64,000 nucleotides of DNA from Klebsormidium nitens (taxonomy: Eukaryota; Plantae; Klebsormidiophyceae), in assembly GCA_000708835.1 (NCBI GenBank), contig DF237132.1:1-64000 (forward strand). Reading direction: 5' to 3'. The position numbers and the translations under genes were made by a program. The notes under the pieces are model-generated. The model was not told the origin of the DNA. It was given only the letters and a program-made list of their open reading frames with translations, and did no database searches. Numbering within the stretch: position 1 is the stretch's first letter; each line of letters starts with the position of its first letter. Shown in pieces: positions 1-13,200 of the stretch.

Positions 1-120
1 GCCCGTTCTGAGGCCCAGGCCCAGGGCCAGGGCCAGGATCGCAAGCTTTGCAATGAAGCTGTGCAGGGCATATGCCAGGCTTCCAAGTTTGAGCGGCATT
101 CCGGTGTCAATAATGTTCAT
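1..120 (-). CDS. 5' end of a gene truncated at the window edge; hydrophobic, signal/TM-like N-terminus
   Basis: ATG at 120-118 opens MNIIDTGMPLKLGSLAYALHSFIAKLAILALALGLGLRTG, which runs off the edge; head-to-head with the gene at 521. Confidence 0.4.
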   Translation of the reverse strand, partial: MNIIDTGMPLKLGSLAYALHSFIAKLAILALALGLGLRTG

Positions 121-520
121 GCCAGGCAGCCGGTTGAACGTCGCGGCTCTTCGCTATCTAGAGCCCAATTCTTTCCGCCCTCGCGGAGACAACATTTAAG
201 TTTTAACTGAAGAAGACAACCAAGCCAGTAAAGAGAGGCGTCGATTCTTATCACCGGGTACGACATACACAGTATTTTTAGATCGTCTATTTAATTTTCT
301 CCGGCTCGTCACAATTACAATTAATACATACTCTACTGGGATTCCATTCTGCTGAGTCCTGCATGACAGCTGTTGCCAGTGCGATTGCCAGCAAGCAGGC
401 CGGCATTGGGCAATTGCCTCCCTCTCGCACTCGTACAACTCTTGCCATTGGCATTGCGTCCGTTCAACCAAGCCGCAGCGCCCTTCTCACAAGTCTCTCA
501 CTCGACCTGGTCGCCAAATT

Positions 521-1911
521 CATGGCGGTGCGGGGTGCATGCATGCGCAGGCCTCTTCTGGGGCTCCTCTCCCGAGCCCTTGGTTTTGGGGAAGGCAGCG
601 CGGGCGCCTTCATTGATGGAGCCAGTGTGAGGGCTTTTGCAGCTACCACTCAGCCTACGGGGCGCACAGGCAGTGGCAGCGTAACCAATGTGAGTGGTCA
701 AAGGGAGCAGGAAGCAGCAGCGGACGAAGGAGCTCCCCCACCTGACAGTTCGTTTGATGGTGGGGGGGCGGCGGGGAGTGCAATGGGGGGTGAAGGGCAG
801 AAGGAGGGGGCTGTCAATTCTGAGCACACCCAGAACTTTGACAAGGAGAAGGGGCGCGAAGGAGGAAAAGCAGCAATTGGGCAGAAGGGCACCCGGCAGT
901 ACAGCACATTTGCAGCTGGAGCCTTGCATGCAAGCCCCAGAGCAGCCCCAGTCTCGCACACTACGCGGGTGCACAGCTTGCGAGCATTCTGCAGCGTCGA
1001 GACGCCCACCATCGACAAAGAAAAGGCTACATCAGACAAGGACATCTTCAGGTCAGCCCCAGGGGGAGCCGCCATGGAGGATGAGAAAGAGGAAGAGGAC
1101 CCAAAGGAAACTACTTCAGGGGAGGGGGAGAAGGTGCAGGGCGAGGGCAAGCCAATCGGACGAGAGATGGGTGAGGAAGCCTGCATGTCACCAACATGTT
1201 ACGGTGTTGAGGGGACTGCCTTCTGGGTTGCTCTTGTTGGTACACTTGGTCTCTGGTGACTACCTTCCTGAGGATGATTGATGAATGAGGCTTTGCAGTG
1301 TTGGTCCAGAAGTCTCGAATGCTGAAATCTTTTGTGATCACAATTTGAAACTTCACTGGTAGGGGACATGAGTTGGGCTTTGGGACATAACTCATGGGTA
1401 TCATCAACAGGAGAGCAGGACGGAGGAGAGCAGAACGGAGGCAGAGATTGCACTCGTTTCACAGTTCTGTGTGCATAACGCAGGGACTGGCAGTGCTACC
1501 AACGTGAGTGGAGCTGGCACTGAGGGGTCAGGCGATGTTCCTGCAGACTCGAGCTTTGATGCAGGAGGCAGTATGAACATGGACGATGGAAAGCACAAGG
1601 GGGGCAGGTGAGGAGACAATGAGATGTACATGTTGTGTAGAGCAAGCCAGAGAACAAGTGCATTTGACATGTGCTCATTAACCCTTCTCCAACTTGCCAA
1701 TCGACATTTGAGATAGTTCTTTGTTCAGGTTAATCAGCAAGAGCACCTTTCTTTCAAGCTGCTGTTCAATCAAAGGGCCTCCACGCTGCTGATCACCTTC
1801 CTATCAAGCTGCTGTTGTTAAAAAGGACCTCCACTTTCTTGCAGGGAACACACACAGAACTTCGATGATGAAATGAAGACCAAAGGGGGTTCAAAGAAGG
1901 CAGTCAACTGA
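521..1911 (+). CDS. Hydrophilic, probably mitochondrion-targeted protein of unknown function with an internally duplicated motif
   Basis: Exons 521-1170, 1484-1607 and 1845-1911 join in frame through GT-AG sites with matching phases. Arg/Ala/Leu-rich N-terminus (MAVRGACMRRPLLGLLSRALG...RAFAA). The motif GS.TNVSG...P.DSSFD.GG...EHTQNFD.E occurs twice. Confidence 0.6.
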
Positions 1912-3441
1912 TTGGCGTGTCTTGCACAGAAGTATGATGTTAATGAGTGAGATGGGCAGGATATGTGACTCCACAGGACCCTCCTGAGCACATGAGTTAG
2001 TTGTATCATAAAGACGATTCACGCTCAATGATATTTGCACGCTTCAAGGGGCCGCCTTTTTGTATCATACACCAGGCGAGAGCTCGTTAGGCAGGCCGGT
2101 AGTGTGCGAACTGCACGCTGTGCTATTACTAAACAACTGAGCTATCTGTGAAGCCTTGCCAAGGCGGCTAGTTGAGATTTCAACTTGCTGGATTGCTTTG
2201 CACTGATCATCTCCTGTCAGCTGATAACGTAGATACGAGAGGCATTTAATATGACACACTCGAATGGGCTTGGAAAGTACGGTATGCCTGCACATAAGTT
2301 GAATACGACACCAATCTGTGAGTCTTTGATCCTCCAGCGAATCAGGTAATCTTAATCAGGATGGAGCACTGCAACAATAGCGTGGGAGCTTGCCAGGAAG
2401 CAAGTAGCTCAACAAGCTGCAGCCGAACATGGGGCGATGCTATCATGTTATGCGGCACGAGTTGCATGACCGCTTCTTTTGACCTGTTAGCCATGTACTC
2501 TTGAAGGATCAAAGTCAATCTATACTAACTCCGGGGCCCTAGATGCGTCCGAGGGTTATGTGATGAAAATGTTTCGCGCCATAATAAACGCCTTGTTCCT
2601 CAGGCAAGCAAGAACCTTAACCTGCGCGTTGACGAGAGGAAGCTTCAACTGGATTATTGTGTGACGGCTTTGCTTATACACGAGCTTCGCATTGATTATT
2701 GCAAGATAAATGCATGCAATATAATCTGACTTGAACAAGTTATGAGTGATCGACGATCGCGTATGGTGACTCACATTGAAAAGGGAGTAACATCAAAAAG
2801 AGCTGTACACTTTCAAGATGCTCGAAGCACATGGCCGGCGTATCATCTAGATGAATCTAGAAGTTGGAAGGACTTGAAAATGCTTCGAGGGGTTGCTTGT
2901 GCGGCGGTATATTGACAATCGCACCGGTTGAACGAAGCCGTGATGGTGTTCGAGCAGCACATGTGCTCCCCTTGATCGGAGGAAAAGACTAAAAAGAGAG
3001 TCGACGATTCTGTTACGTTAAAGCTCAGCCGCTGGATGAGATACCGGAAAGTCCAATGCAGCAAACGCAACACAAACGAACTGATGTCACAGGCCTAGTG
3101 GAGACAGTGGCACGCACTCTTTGGGCGCCGTTCAAAAGCAGCGGCAAGCGCGCGCCTAATTCGTAGTGTTTGCGAGAGATTACTTACAATCTGTGATTGT
3201 AGTGTGACATATGCACTATTGCAAATTTTATGTCCTTCATGCAATCCCTAGATATCGTATCTACAATTATGATCTAAGATTCAACCGCGCAGCAATGTAT
3301 TTACTGATAACTTGACTCTCCTCACGAGCTCAGTGGACTTTCACGATCCGCCAAGTTGCAGTCCAAGAATTCGACTTACGTTTGAGGAGGATCGTCTTCT
3401 AAACAACTTCAATTATATTGCCAGCTATTACTACTAAGCGA

Positions 3442-5224
3442 TTACCCTCCACTTACATGAAAATATGTAGCATCACCATCAACCTTCCATGTTGCTGGCC
3501 AATATCCCTCGTCTCGAGCTCGTGTCAAGCTTTGACACCGATGGTTCGTCCTCACTACAAAGGAAGCGGAAAGACGAGGCTTGAGTATCTGTCTTAAAGT
3601 GTCGTCAAATTGAGGCACTTCGGAAGGATTGGAATCAGAAGGACAAGGTTCGGCATGGACCTCCGTCACCAGGAGCAGTAACAGTCTCAGTAACGTATCT
3701 GAGCCAGCAGAGAGCTTTCATTTGAGATTCGGTCTCTTTGAAGTGCCACAATCATGCTACATCTTTTTTCAACCCTTGATTAAACTCACAGTCTTCATCA
3801 GGCTGTGAGGGGTTACTTACTTGCTTTTGCTGCATACTTCGGCAGCGGTACAAAAGCTCCTGAATGTGCTTGTTGACCCGGTATCGACCCAGCTGCGTGG
3901 GGGACAGGTACTTGGCACCAGCTACCCGTCCAACACACTGCATGTGTTGTACACAAGTACACGCAGACGAATGCTCAGAAGACAACCGGATTGAACGGAA
4001 AGACGGCTGCCGGTTGCCATTTACAAACCAATCGTACACAGCAGTACAAACTCGATTTCAACGAAACACCTCATTGCAACACTTAATCAAGCAATCTGTA
4101 CTCTCTGCAAGGCATGACGTACCTTGGGAGCACCACACCAGCACTTGAATGGCTGATCCATCTCATACTCGGTGGAACAATAGAAGAATGCAAGCTCGTC
4201 GCCAGGCGCAATGTCTATGAGGGCTTCAATTTCCATCTTGTCAATGTTGACATGGACGCTGGGAGAGCAGCTATGGTTCATGTACACCAAGTCACTGTTG
4301 AGCTCAAAGTGTTCGTTGACGCCGCTCTGAACGCTTGTGTATTTTTTTGCCACTCCCGTTGTAATTCCTTCAATCTTGCAGATTGAATCACCAGCCTGCG
4401 CAAGTTATTCACAACTCATCAGATCGATTGTAGGCCTCCCATAAGGTGCCTCTTGGAAAAGAGTCCGCAGACCACGTTGGCAGGATGTCAATGATCAGAA
4501 GTCCCTTCAAGAACCTCAACAGACTCGCCAGGGCTAAAGCTGCTAGGGTGCTTCTAAGAGTCAATGCTTTTGATTCACAAAGTCGACTGTGACTCGTCTC
4601 TTCTGCCTTCTTGAAGTGAGCACCTGATGATCGTCAGCTGCCCATTTTTGAAAGACAAATCCTTCTGCCGCGCGTTTGCTCAGGTCCCTCTACTGAGGAA
4701 GGGGTTCCAGCTTTTTGCTTGTCATCCTCATTATGAAATCTGACGGAATGAGAAAAGTGACAGGGTCTTGAAGCGTCTGTCCTTATAGAGCTGCATGTCT
4801 CTAAAACCGTTCTGACAGTAAGAAAGGTGCATCCAGCTAGATACTACGTCCTCATGGTACACATCCATAGTTCCTTAAGATCTGTTATAGTTTCTTGCTT
4901 GTGGTCCAACTACCTGTACATATGCACAGACAACATCAACTTGAGACAGGGGTCACTTCGTAGACTTACCTTGAAATCTGCAACTGCAATCAACTTTGCA
5001 CTAAAGTCTCCTTTGCCTTTGACGATCTTGAAAAGCTCAGGATGCAGGACCATATTTCTGTTCTCAAGCGGGGATTTGGGGGACACAACCAGTGCACTTG
5101 AGCTCACTCGCTTTGGAGATACAAGCTGCACAATATTCGAGCTGTTTGAAACAAGGATCCTACGTCCAGTTCGGAGATCGACATCCTGGCTGCCATGAGG
5201 ACTAGCAATAGCCACAGCGGCCAT
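3442..5224 (-). CDS. Minimal SET-domain protein with post-SET (putative protein lysine methyltransferase)
   Basis: Exons 5224-4970, 4395-4123 and 3937-3821 are each a whole number of codons; the last exon (~3670-3442) is uncertain. Motifs: GKGDFSAKLIAVADFKAGD, ELNSDLVYMNHSCSP, GDELAFFY and post-SET FKCWCGAPKCVG. Confidence 0.85.
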
Positions 5225-5588
5225 AGCGCTTCAGCTCAGTCAGAACCACCTTATCAGCTTCCGCAAGGACGAGTAGCTGCAGAATCCTGCGCCTGTGTGT
5301 CACAGCGGCCAGTATCAACTGGTTGCTTCCTTTTGAGATTCAGACTTGCAGCTAATGACCGAAGGACGAAGATATAGATAAAGGTAACAACATGAGACGC
5401 TCATGTTGCAAAAGCTGATTGTTTTGGTTTTGCCTAAGTCGCCACTTCTTAACAGTCTGCTTCGTATGAAAGGCTGAACTTTGACCTTTGTGCAAGGTGC
5501 ATCCTGCTGCTAGCTCACCGACTGAAAACATTTCAAGGCTTGCACTTCTGACATCAAGTCTTCTAGGCTCTAGCTCCGTCTTTGAATA

Positions 5589-5713
5589 CACCTTCTCCCG
5601 AGCAACCTGCCAGTTTTAGTGGAAAATTTAGTCTAACTTAGTCAGTCTGTTGCTGAATGAAATTAGTCTAAAATAGATGACACTAAAACTGGCAGGTTGC
5701 TCGGGAGAAGCTG
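5589..5713. mobile_element. MITE, Tc1/mariner-like (TA-flanked)
   Basis: Perfect 30-bp inverted repeat 5592-5621 / 5681-5710, extendable by 3 bp with one mismatch. TA dinucleotides flank both sides (5587-88, 5714-15); AT-rich non-coding interior. Confidence 0.7.
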
Positions 5714-6309
5714 TAAGCTTCGAATAATTGAAATCTGTAGGACACGCATAGTGGAGCTAGGTAGCTGCCAAGGTGCTGAAGAGACCAGCTGAGACTGGAG
5801 CTTTACTGCTCCTCTGCTCAGGCCCCAGGGACCACTCGCATTAAATAGAAACCTCGATTTGAGAAACCCTAGTGCCCTAGGTAGTACTGGGTACTAGTAC
5901 TACGTATCCGGTGGTTTACGGTATCTTTTCAGAAGAACCTGGCGTGACATCGAGACAGTGAGCCTAGGTTGTGCCTGCGTGTACCTGCGGTAACACCCGT
6001 GCTTCAACATAGGACTACAGTAAATAGCGCCATGGTCCATCCCTATGGCGGGCCCTGTGGAGAGGTGCAGCCTGCAGGTACCTATCCTACGCCGACGGTA
6101 CTCTACGTGCCTATGCCGCCACCCAAAGTACATCCCTATTTCACCAGAAATGCAACTGCCAAAAGTGTGATTCACATTGCTTGGCCGCCCAGTTCTTGCT
6201 GGATCGTTCATGCCCCGGGGGCCGGATGTGAAGCAAAGACAGGGCTTTTGTCGCCGTCGATGAGATTGATCGGGGGATGGCGAGTTGGTGTGCATTGGAC
6301 CACCACTTT

Positions 6310-6344
6310 CAACGCAGGTGTTCAAACTTTGAACACCTGCGTTG
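6310..6344. repeat. Perfect 17-bp inverted repeat with 1-nt spacer
   Basis: caacgcaggtgttcaaa-c-tttgaacacctgcgttg. Confidence 0.9.
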
Positions 6345-6706
6345 TGGCCGGTGGATCACGTGGTTTTGTCTCGTGATGTCACCTGTATCTCGCAATTTAA
6401 GACGTACCCGGCGTGGGACGGGGAGGTACATGATACATCACAAGGGCCTCTCTCCATCTCTCCAATTGGGTCAAGGTCTAGATTAGGGTTCCCCCCTCTG
6501 CAATGCTGCATAAAGGTAGTCAAAGGATCTCTGAAGCTGAATCTTTGCTTTCCAACAGGGACAAACGACATTTCAGACTTTTCAGAGCCATCTTGGAGCA
6601 GTTCTGTCTGCTTGCATCCCTTGACCCCGCAAGTGCAAAACAGAGCATTATAGGTTGATTCTAGTAGGAGAAGTTTAAAGGCACTTTGATTGCCACAGCG
6701 GCACCA

Positions 6707-9309
6707 ATGGCATTCCTAGGCAGAGGCATTCCCAGTATAGTGCAGACCGCAAAAACTGGGCAGTCCCTTCCCTCGATTCGCATCGGTTTCACACCTGACA
6801 TAGTGGAAAGGTTTTCCACCAGTGCTCATAGGGAGGAAGAAGCTTCTGCGACATTACGGAGTAGTGCCTCTGTGGATCTTGTGATGCAAGAGCAGGCATC
6901 TTGTTCTTCTTCATCAATTCCATCCACAGAAACTTTCGGCCGACAACCAGATCAATCACCAAAGGCTAAGTCCTTAGATCAGAATCCTGCGTTAGCTCAA
7001 AGTTCTGTTCCATTTTCAGCCCGCCAGTTCTGGACAAGCACGTTCCGGCAGGCTGCCAACCAAGCGCAGCCCTTAGGCAATGGGCGGCGGGCCTATCTGG
7101 TCGACACATTAGCCCTGGTGAGTGAATAGGTGGACTCAATCTGGCCGAATTGAGGTCTCAATCGTCAACTAGGTTTACCAACCACTTTTTTGAATATAGA
7201 ATGCTTACACATGGCTTACCACCTGCAATGCTATGGAGAGGACTGCCAACAGATACCGCCTTGTCTTGACCAGGGTATCTGAACGCGGTTGATCGTTACT
7301 CCCTTCAGGTTCGGCGGTTAGAGTCAGAAGGACTGACGGCAAAACAAGCGGAAGCCATCACCCATGTCATTACTGAGGTCTTGAGTGACAGTCTGGAGAA
7401 TGTTGCGCAGAACTTCACGTCCAAAGTGGAGATGCAAAAGGTGAGGGCAGATAAACATTATTTTAGGGTTTTGGTCACAATGCGCTTGATCAGGCTGGCC
7501 TAGGCTCGCTTGTTTTCCAATTCTCAAAGGTCGTGCAAATAACATCGTGTATAGGATAGCTGGGCAGGATTCGTGTTTGGGTTTGCTGCTCGGCCCACAA
7601 TTGTCAACTAAGGTTTGAAATCTGTTGCAGCACGACTTGGCGCAAGATGCTGCAATCCAAAGGTTCAAGAGCGAAGTACAAAGTGCTCAGGTGAGGCAGT
7701 GGTCCAACTCTTTGCCTCAAAAACAGTGCCATTCACTCGTGGGGGAACACCTTGAACACCTTAAGCATGGTAAAGCTTTGAAGGTAGTGATTGCAGTATT
7801 TTTCGTTAGTGACTTCAAATCGAACATATGTCCATGTTCTTAATGAACCTCATCTCCAATTGGGGGTAGGAATGGATCTACTGAGTAGGGGCGTGGGCAT
7901 AGACGTTGAGCGTTGACAAGCTAGTAAAAGTGGGCCATTTCATCAGGTCATGCATTTCTTGCTGAAGAAATCCTGCTGCTTTCAGGAGCACCACATTGCA
8001 AGTCTGCAACGAGAAACAGAGCGATTGCGCACTGACATCGAAAAGATGAGGAGTGAGCTTCGGTGAGTCCAAGGGGGCGTCGAAGGCTGTCCGGAAGAAA
8101 GCAGAGCTTTTCTGGCCCACTCGTTGGGCTGTTTTAAAGATGCCCAGATCTTTGCTAAGTAATCTTCTTCGGGCTTTGATTTTAGTCGTCAGGTTCTCGC
8201 AAGCGCTTGGAGACGTTTTGTGCCCTCTTTCGATTGCTCGCTATTGCCCCCGACGCATGTCCTGCATTGAACTAGCCATCCAATTCCTGTGAATCGATTG
8301 TGATCACAACATTCTGCTCTCATCAGGTACGAAATCGACAAAGTCACCGCTGGACAAAGATTAGACCTGAATCTGGAAAGAGGGTGAGCTCACATGCCCT
8401 TAGGCCTTTGGAGGTGATTTTGGAGTCTACTTATCGTTGTTCCGGTACTAGCAGTCCTTCCGGTACTAGCTGTGCCATTTGTTCGTCATCAGCTCTTGCA
8501 GCATCGACGTGTCAATGCTGTTGTTGACTGGACTGATTTTGAGAGCCTGCTTTTCATGCAGCCGGATCCGAGAAGAGTTGTCGAACCAGTCCCAGGAGAC
8601 GGGGAACATCGCCACGCGCCTCGACAGGGTGAGTCTGTCCTCAATCCATATCAGTTGTTCTTCATGCTGTACCGTTCTTACTTTCTGAACGGGGATGGAA
8701 GCGATCAGACAAAAGTGACGAAACATCCTGGACCCAACTTGTGTAGGAAAGTCAAACGAGGACCTTGGAAAAGCTGCAACTATCAAGATCGAGTTCAACT
8801 CGTAGAGAAGCTATGTTCGGAATCAAGAACGAGTTCCGTGCATTGCTTCTCACTACGAGACTGGTGGGAACCCTTTCGGCCATCACATCACCGGCAACTG
8901 CAGTCATTGTTATCCCTACATCGTTGCTTGCAAGAAAATTGTATTTCAGTCTCGTTCCTATGCAAAGTCGGCTAACGGGGGCCGTTCTCTTCGTGCAGGA
9001 GCTTCACGTCCTGAAGACTCAGTTGGAAGCTGCGAAGTATGACGTTATCAAGTACTGCCTAGGTGAGTATTCAGTGCCTAGCTGATACCAGAAGTGGACA
9101 GTTCCAAACGGACAGTTCAAAGGTCGAAGCATCGTGTGAGACTCTTCTCTGGTATTAGATCCTGACGGAGGGTTGGAAAGCAGCTTGTCCTTCAGATCTG
9201 CTGGAGGCCTCTGGATTCTCGAACTCACAAGGTAAACTTTTGTCTCGTTGCAGGTGCCATCGTCTCTGTGACTGCTGTTGGGCTGGGAGTACTAAGACTC
9301 GTGTTGTAG
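6707..9309 (+). CDS. FMP32: FMP32/CCDC90 (DUF1640) mitochondrial coiled-coil protein
   Basis: Eight exons (6707-7117, 7309-7440, 7631-7690, 7986-8062, 8327-8383, 8561-8627, 8999-9062, 9254-9309) give AYLVDTLALVRRLESEGLTAKQAEAIT...LQRETERLRTDIEKMRSELRYEIDKVTAGQRLDLNLERGRIREEL...KTQLEAAKYDVIKYCLGAIVSVTAVGLGVLRLVL, the plant DUF1640 pattern with a C-terminal TM helix. Confidence 0.9.
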
Positions 9310-10216
9310 CATACAATCACGAACTCGGAAGCACTAGAAGTTGGCGCTTTGATTGAGGGGAGGTCATGATATCGCAGTGATATCGTTCGTCGAAAAGATG
9401 ACTGTCAAAAGCATGCAGACCAATTTGATCGCAGTTTCCTGGGCATGGCATAAGAAAAAGGAGATATTTCAGCACAAAAAGTGTTTTTGCCGCCAATAAT
9501 TGACTTTATTCTGATAAGCAACGGATAATGATTTGACTGGTTGGACTATCTTCTCCAATTCTGCTGGCCGGGGTCTTGCTTTTGATCCCTGCGCGATCAT
9601 TGGCGTCAGGCTTTTGGCCAGCATCGATCAATTGCTTGTGCCTAATTCTCATAGGTATAGTCGTCTATACGTGCCATGATGCAATGCATGTTCGACTGCA
9701 TTGAGGATTTAAGCTAATAGCTGCGCTGGCTCATGGTGATACCCTCGTTTGAAGCTGCTTAAGTTCACACACACGTGCAGCCGTGCACAACACCGCTCAA
9801 TGAAAACGAATGCCTGTAAAGAGATCATGGCAGCCTACTTCAGTTACCATAATATGAAAGCTGAAACATGAACATGATTGCAGCTATGCTATGCCACGTG
9901 CTTGTTTGCCCGTTACCATGTGTCAAACCTTTGTTAATTTGTGACTTCAGTCCCCGAGTATTATAGGGTTCGTACCAAACAAGTCATTCCGGATGTCCTC
10001 ATGCATGTCATCTGATCACACGTTCAGATGGACTGCATTGCCCCGTCAATCCAAAACTGATGCGTCCACCGATGTCGTAAGACATCTCATCTTCCATGAC
10101 TGCCGGGGAAAACTCGGAGCCCGTTCCAGTTTTACTGCGGCCACCAACATGTGGGAGTTCAAAAGTTGATCTCAGGATCTAGCTTGATAAGCTTGCTCCG
10201 AGGCGCTGCAGGTGCG

Positions 10217-13200
10217 TCATGAAGTGTCAATTTTCCAGCTCGCCCTCCATTCTCGTGGTGCAAGGAGAACCTTGTCGGTCGCCCAGCTCTTGCTCTGGAG
10301 CTGCATAACGAGAGCAGGGAGAGAACTTCTTGACTATTTTTGGTATATAGCTTTTAGCACATCTGCAGTAGCAGCATGCAAATTGGGAACCCGCTGTTAC
10401 GGTTCGTGAAAGCCTCGGCGCAACGAGGAGGTTGCATCATCCGGTCCTTCCACCTCGAACAACCCGCAGCAGAAAATATGTGAAGATGCTTTTATCTGCA
10501 GAACCAACCAATTCATCTGCTTTTGTTCACCAGAGCACGGGATGTTAACAACGTGTCCTCTTGACAAACCAAATCCAAGCCACTTGCGGGAACTGCTGTT
10601 CTCACCTTTTCCAAGAACGTATCGTAGTACTCGGTCATCCACACAGCGGCCTCCAGTTCCGCTGCATCGATTCCGCTCTCATCCTTCTCCAGAATGAACC
10701 CTCGCAGGCCCCCACTAAGCGCCTCTACGAGCCGGAGCGCGTGCACGTAAGACTGCAAAATGTGCGCAGGGGTGGCACCCCGGTGCAGGATGACGTGGAC
10801 AAGCCGGTCTTGGTACAACAGCAGGTACATTTCTGCGGTCGAATGAGAACGCTGGTAAGACTTGGGTGGCTTAGCAGCTGACTGACTGAACACGGGCGCT
10901 CGGAGGACGGATGTATTAGAGTGGGCACAGGTGCGGAGCGCGTATGCTTCGACTTCAGGTCCGAAGATCCTGTTCCGGGATCTCTCTGGATCGCAAATTC
11001 AGCGGTAAAGTCAGTCAAGACTCAAAAGCACGAAAGACGATCCGTTGTCGTCTCGAGTTACAGAAAAGCTGCCGCATTGTTCGCCCTCATGTCAAAGGCG
11101 ATGAGCTGATGAGATGCTCGTATGCGGCAACCTGGTTGAGGCGGGCAGACGTGGTCAAGGAAGTCAAGCATGCAAAAACTTGGTCCCGACAACGAAGACG
11201 TACTTCTACGCAGCAGAAGTGCCTTTAAGTTGATGTCAGACCCTGCTCGGGTCCTCGTATCCTGAAGAAGGGAAAGCATTGAATCCACAACGATTATGCT
11301 AGAGTGTTACATGTGGTACTGACAGCATGCGAATGAAAGTGAAGCTCGCAACAACGAGGGCAAATGCTGCCGAATCGACGACGCCGCACCTCCTCTATAT
11401 CGTTGCTGGAGCAAGTGGAGGGTCTCGGCGCACGGCCCCAGCCGCAGAGCCGACAGGCGGGCCCCCAGCACCACGTGGTCCGAGATGGGCGCCGAGCGAC
11501 GGAGCTGACGTGGCAGCGGCAAGACGGTCTCCAGGCCGGGCAGCTCATGGGGCTCGAGAACTAAATGGAACGTGTACGAACATTTCATTAAGGAAGTTCT
11601 TACCTATAAGATACGCCCGGGGACCGGGTAGAGTTGGTATGGTGTTAAGGTTAGGTTTAAAAAGGGAGCACGTCACATTTCTGAATTACGGTTTTATTAC
11701 GGCCACCGCACTGGGTACTTCCTTATTGGTGTCAACTTTTGATGGTAATCAACTTGGTGGATAGAGACGGCACCAAAACCGAAGGATTGCGGTGGCCTGT
11801 GCCACTGAGCTGTGCACAGTATGAGACTGCTTGCAGCCTTTAAGAATCCTGTGGACGGAGGACGCTACGACCGCGCCATCATGCAGCGCCGCTCGAGGTG
11901 CGGCTTATCGATCAGGTCGATGCCAAAAAGGTTTGCGAAATTGGAAGTGCGGGGAACGACGAGCACGCCCTTGGCCTTCCCCGTCGCTTTTTGATGCCTT
12001 TCCTGATGCATTTGGACACATGCGTCTTAAGCAGAGAAATAAACTGATATTACTCAGTGAAAGGATCCACGAAAAGATGGACGGAGCTGTCTCCACGGGG
12101 CTCGAAACGAGATGCAGACGAAGTTTCCAATCTGCATCCCGGCAGGTTCTTCAACCTTCCAGGCTTACCCACGGACTGCCCTCGCTTCTCATCATGCTGG
12201 TAACAGGGCAAGAGGGCAGACTTACCTGACTCGTGCGTACTGTCCCGGAAGGACTGCAGGAGCAGGGCCGCCCGCTCGGGGCTGATGCTGGTCAGGCACA
12301 GGCTGCGCACGGCCCGGAAGTTGGCTGCACGAGAAGAGACGCTCGTTCAATTTAGGAGAACTTTAGAGTTTACGGGTTTTCAAGACCTCGAAACCAGAGA
12401 ACCTTGCTCGGCAATGAGGGCCGCTCAAACCGAGGCAAGCGAGCGCTTCAAGATCGCGGCTGTGTGACTTGGATCGTGAAGCAGTGCGCTGAGGTGCGAG
12501 GCTACCTAGGTAGGAAGCAGAAGAAGTTCGAGATTGACACCAGCATCGAACGCTCTTTTTTAAAGCCTCTACAATACGTTCGCTGAGATAGGCCACGGCT
12601 TCGAAACCGGGGTTCAGATAAGAGAACTGATGACAAAGGTGCACGTAAGAGCAACATGCAAGCAGGGCACGTCGGAAGGTCTGCCATAAAGGGGACGTGG
12701 TCGGAGGGAAAGGTGCGCAAAACGAAGCTACCCACCGTACATGTGAAAGGCGGTGAGCGAGAGGAAGACGGTCCACATGAGCACCACGTGGCCTGCCGTC
12801 CAGCGTGCCACGGCCATCCCCAGGAGCATGCCCGTTATCGTCGCCAGCGTCTCCTGGCTGCCCTCCTGCACACCCATTCATATTTTTCTGTTCTTTCTCC
12901 CTTCGTTTAGTGACTTCTCTTTCTGTCTTTAGCTCCTCAATCCGCAATGTTTTCTGCAGGTTGGGGCCACGCACTTGACCGATGCCAGAAAGCAAGCATG
13001 ATTGGTTGGCCGCATTGACGCTTGCAGTATCCTCGGCCGCTCCTGCCGGCCGAAGGATGTCCTGGCCTGGATCTCTAGGCGTACGCCCTCCCGAAAAGGC
13101 TACTTGGTCAACAATGAGTTTGAAGTGGCCCGACACAACTTCGAGTGAAACGACGAACTCGAATCTGAGCCACGAAATATCTGATCACATCAGAAACTCA

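Noticed and set aside
11560-11800. AT-richer intron segment with aaggttaggttta and a 10-bp inverted repeat
   Set aside because: Too short and degenerate; no TIR/TSD pair delimits an element.
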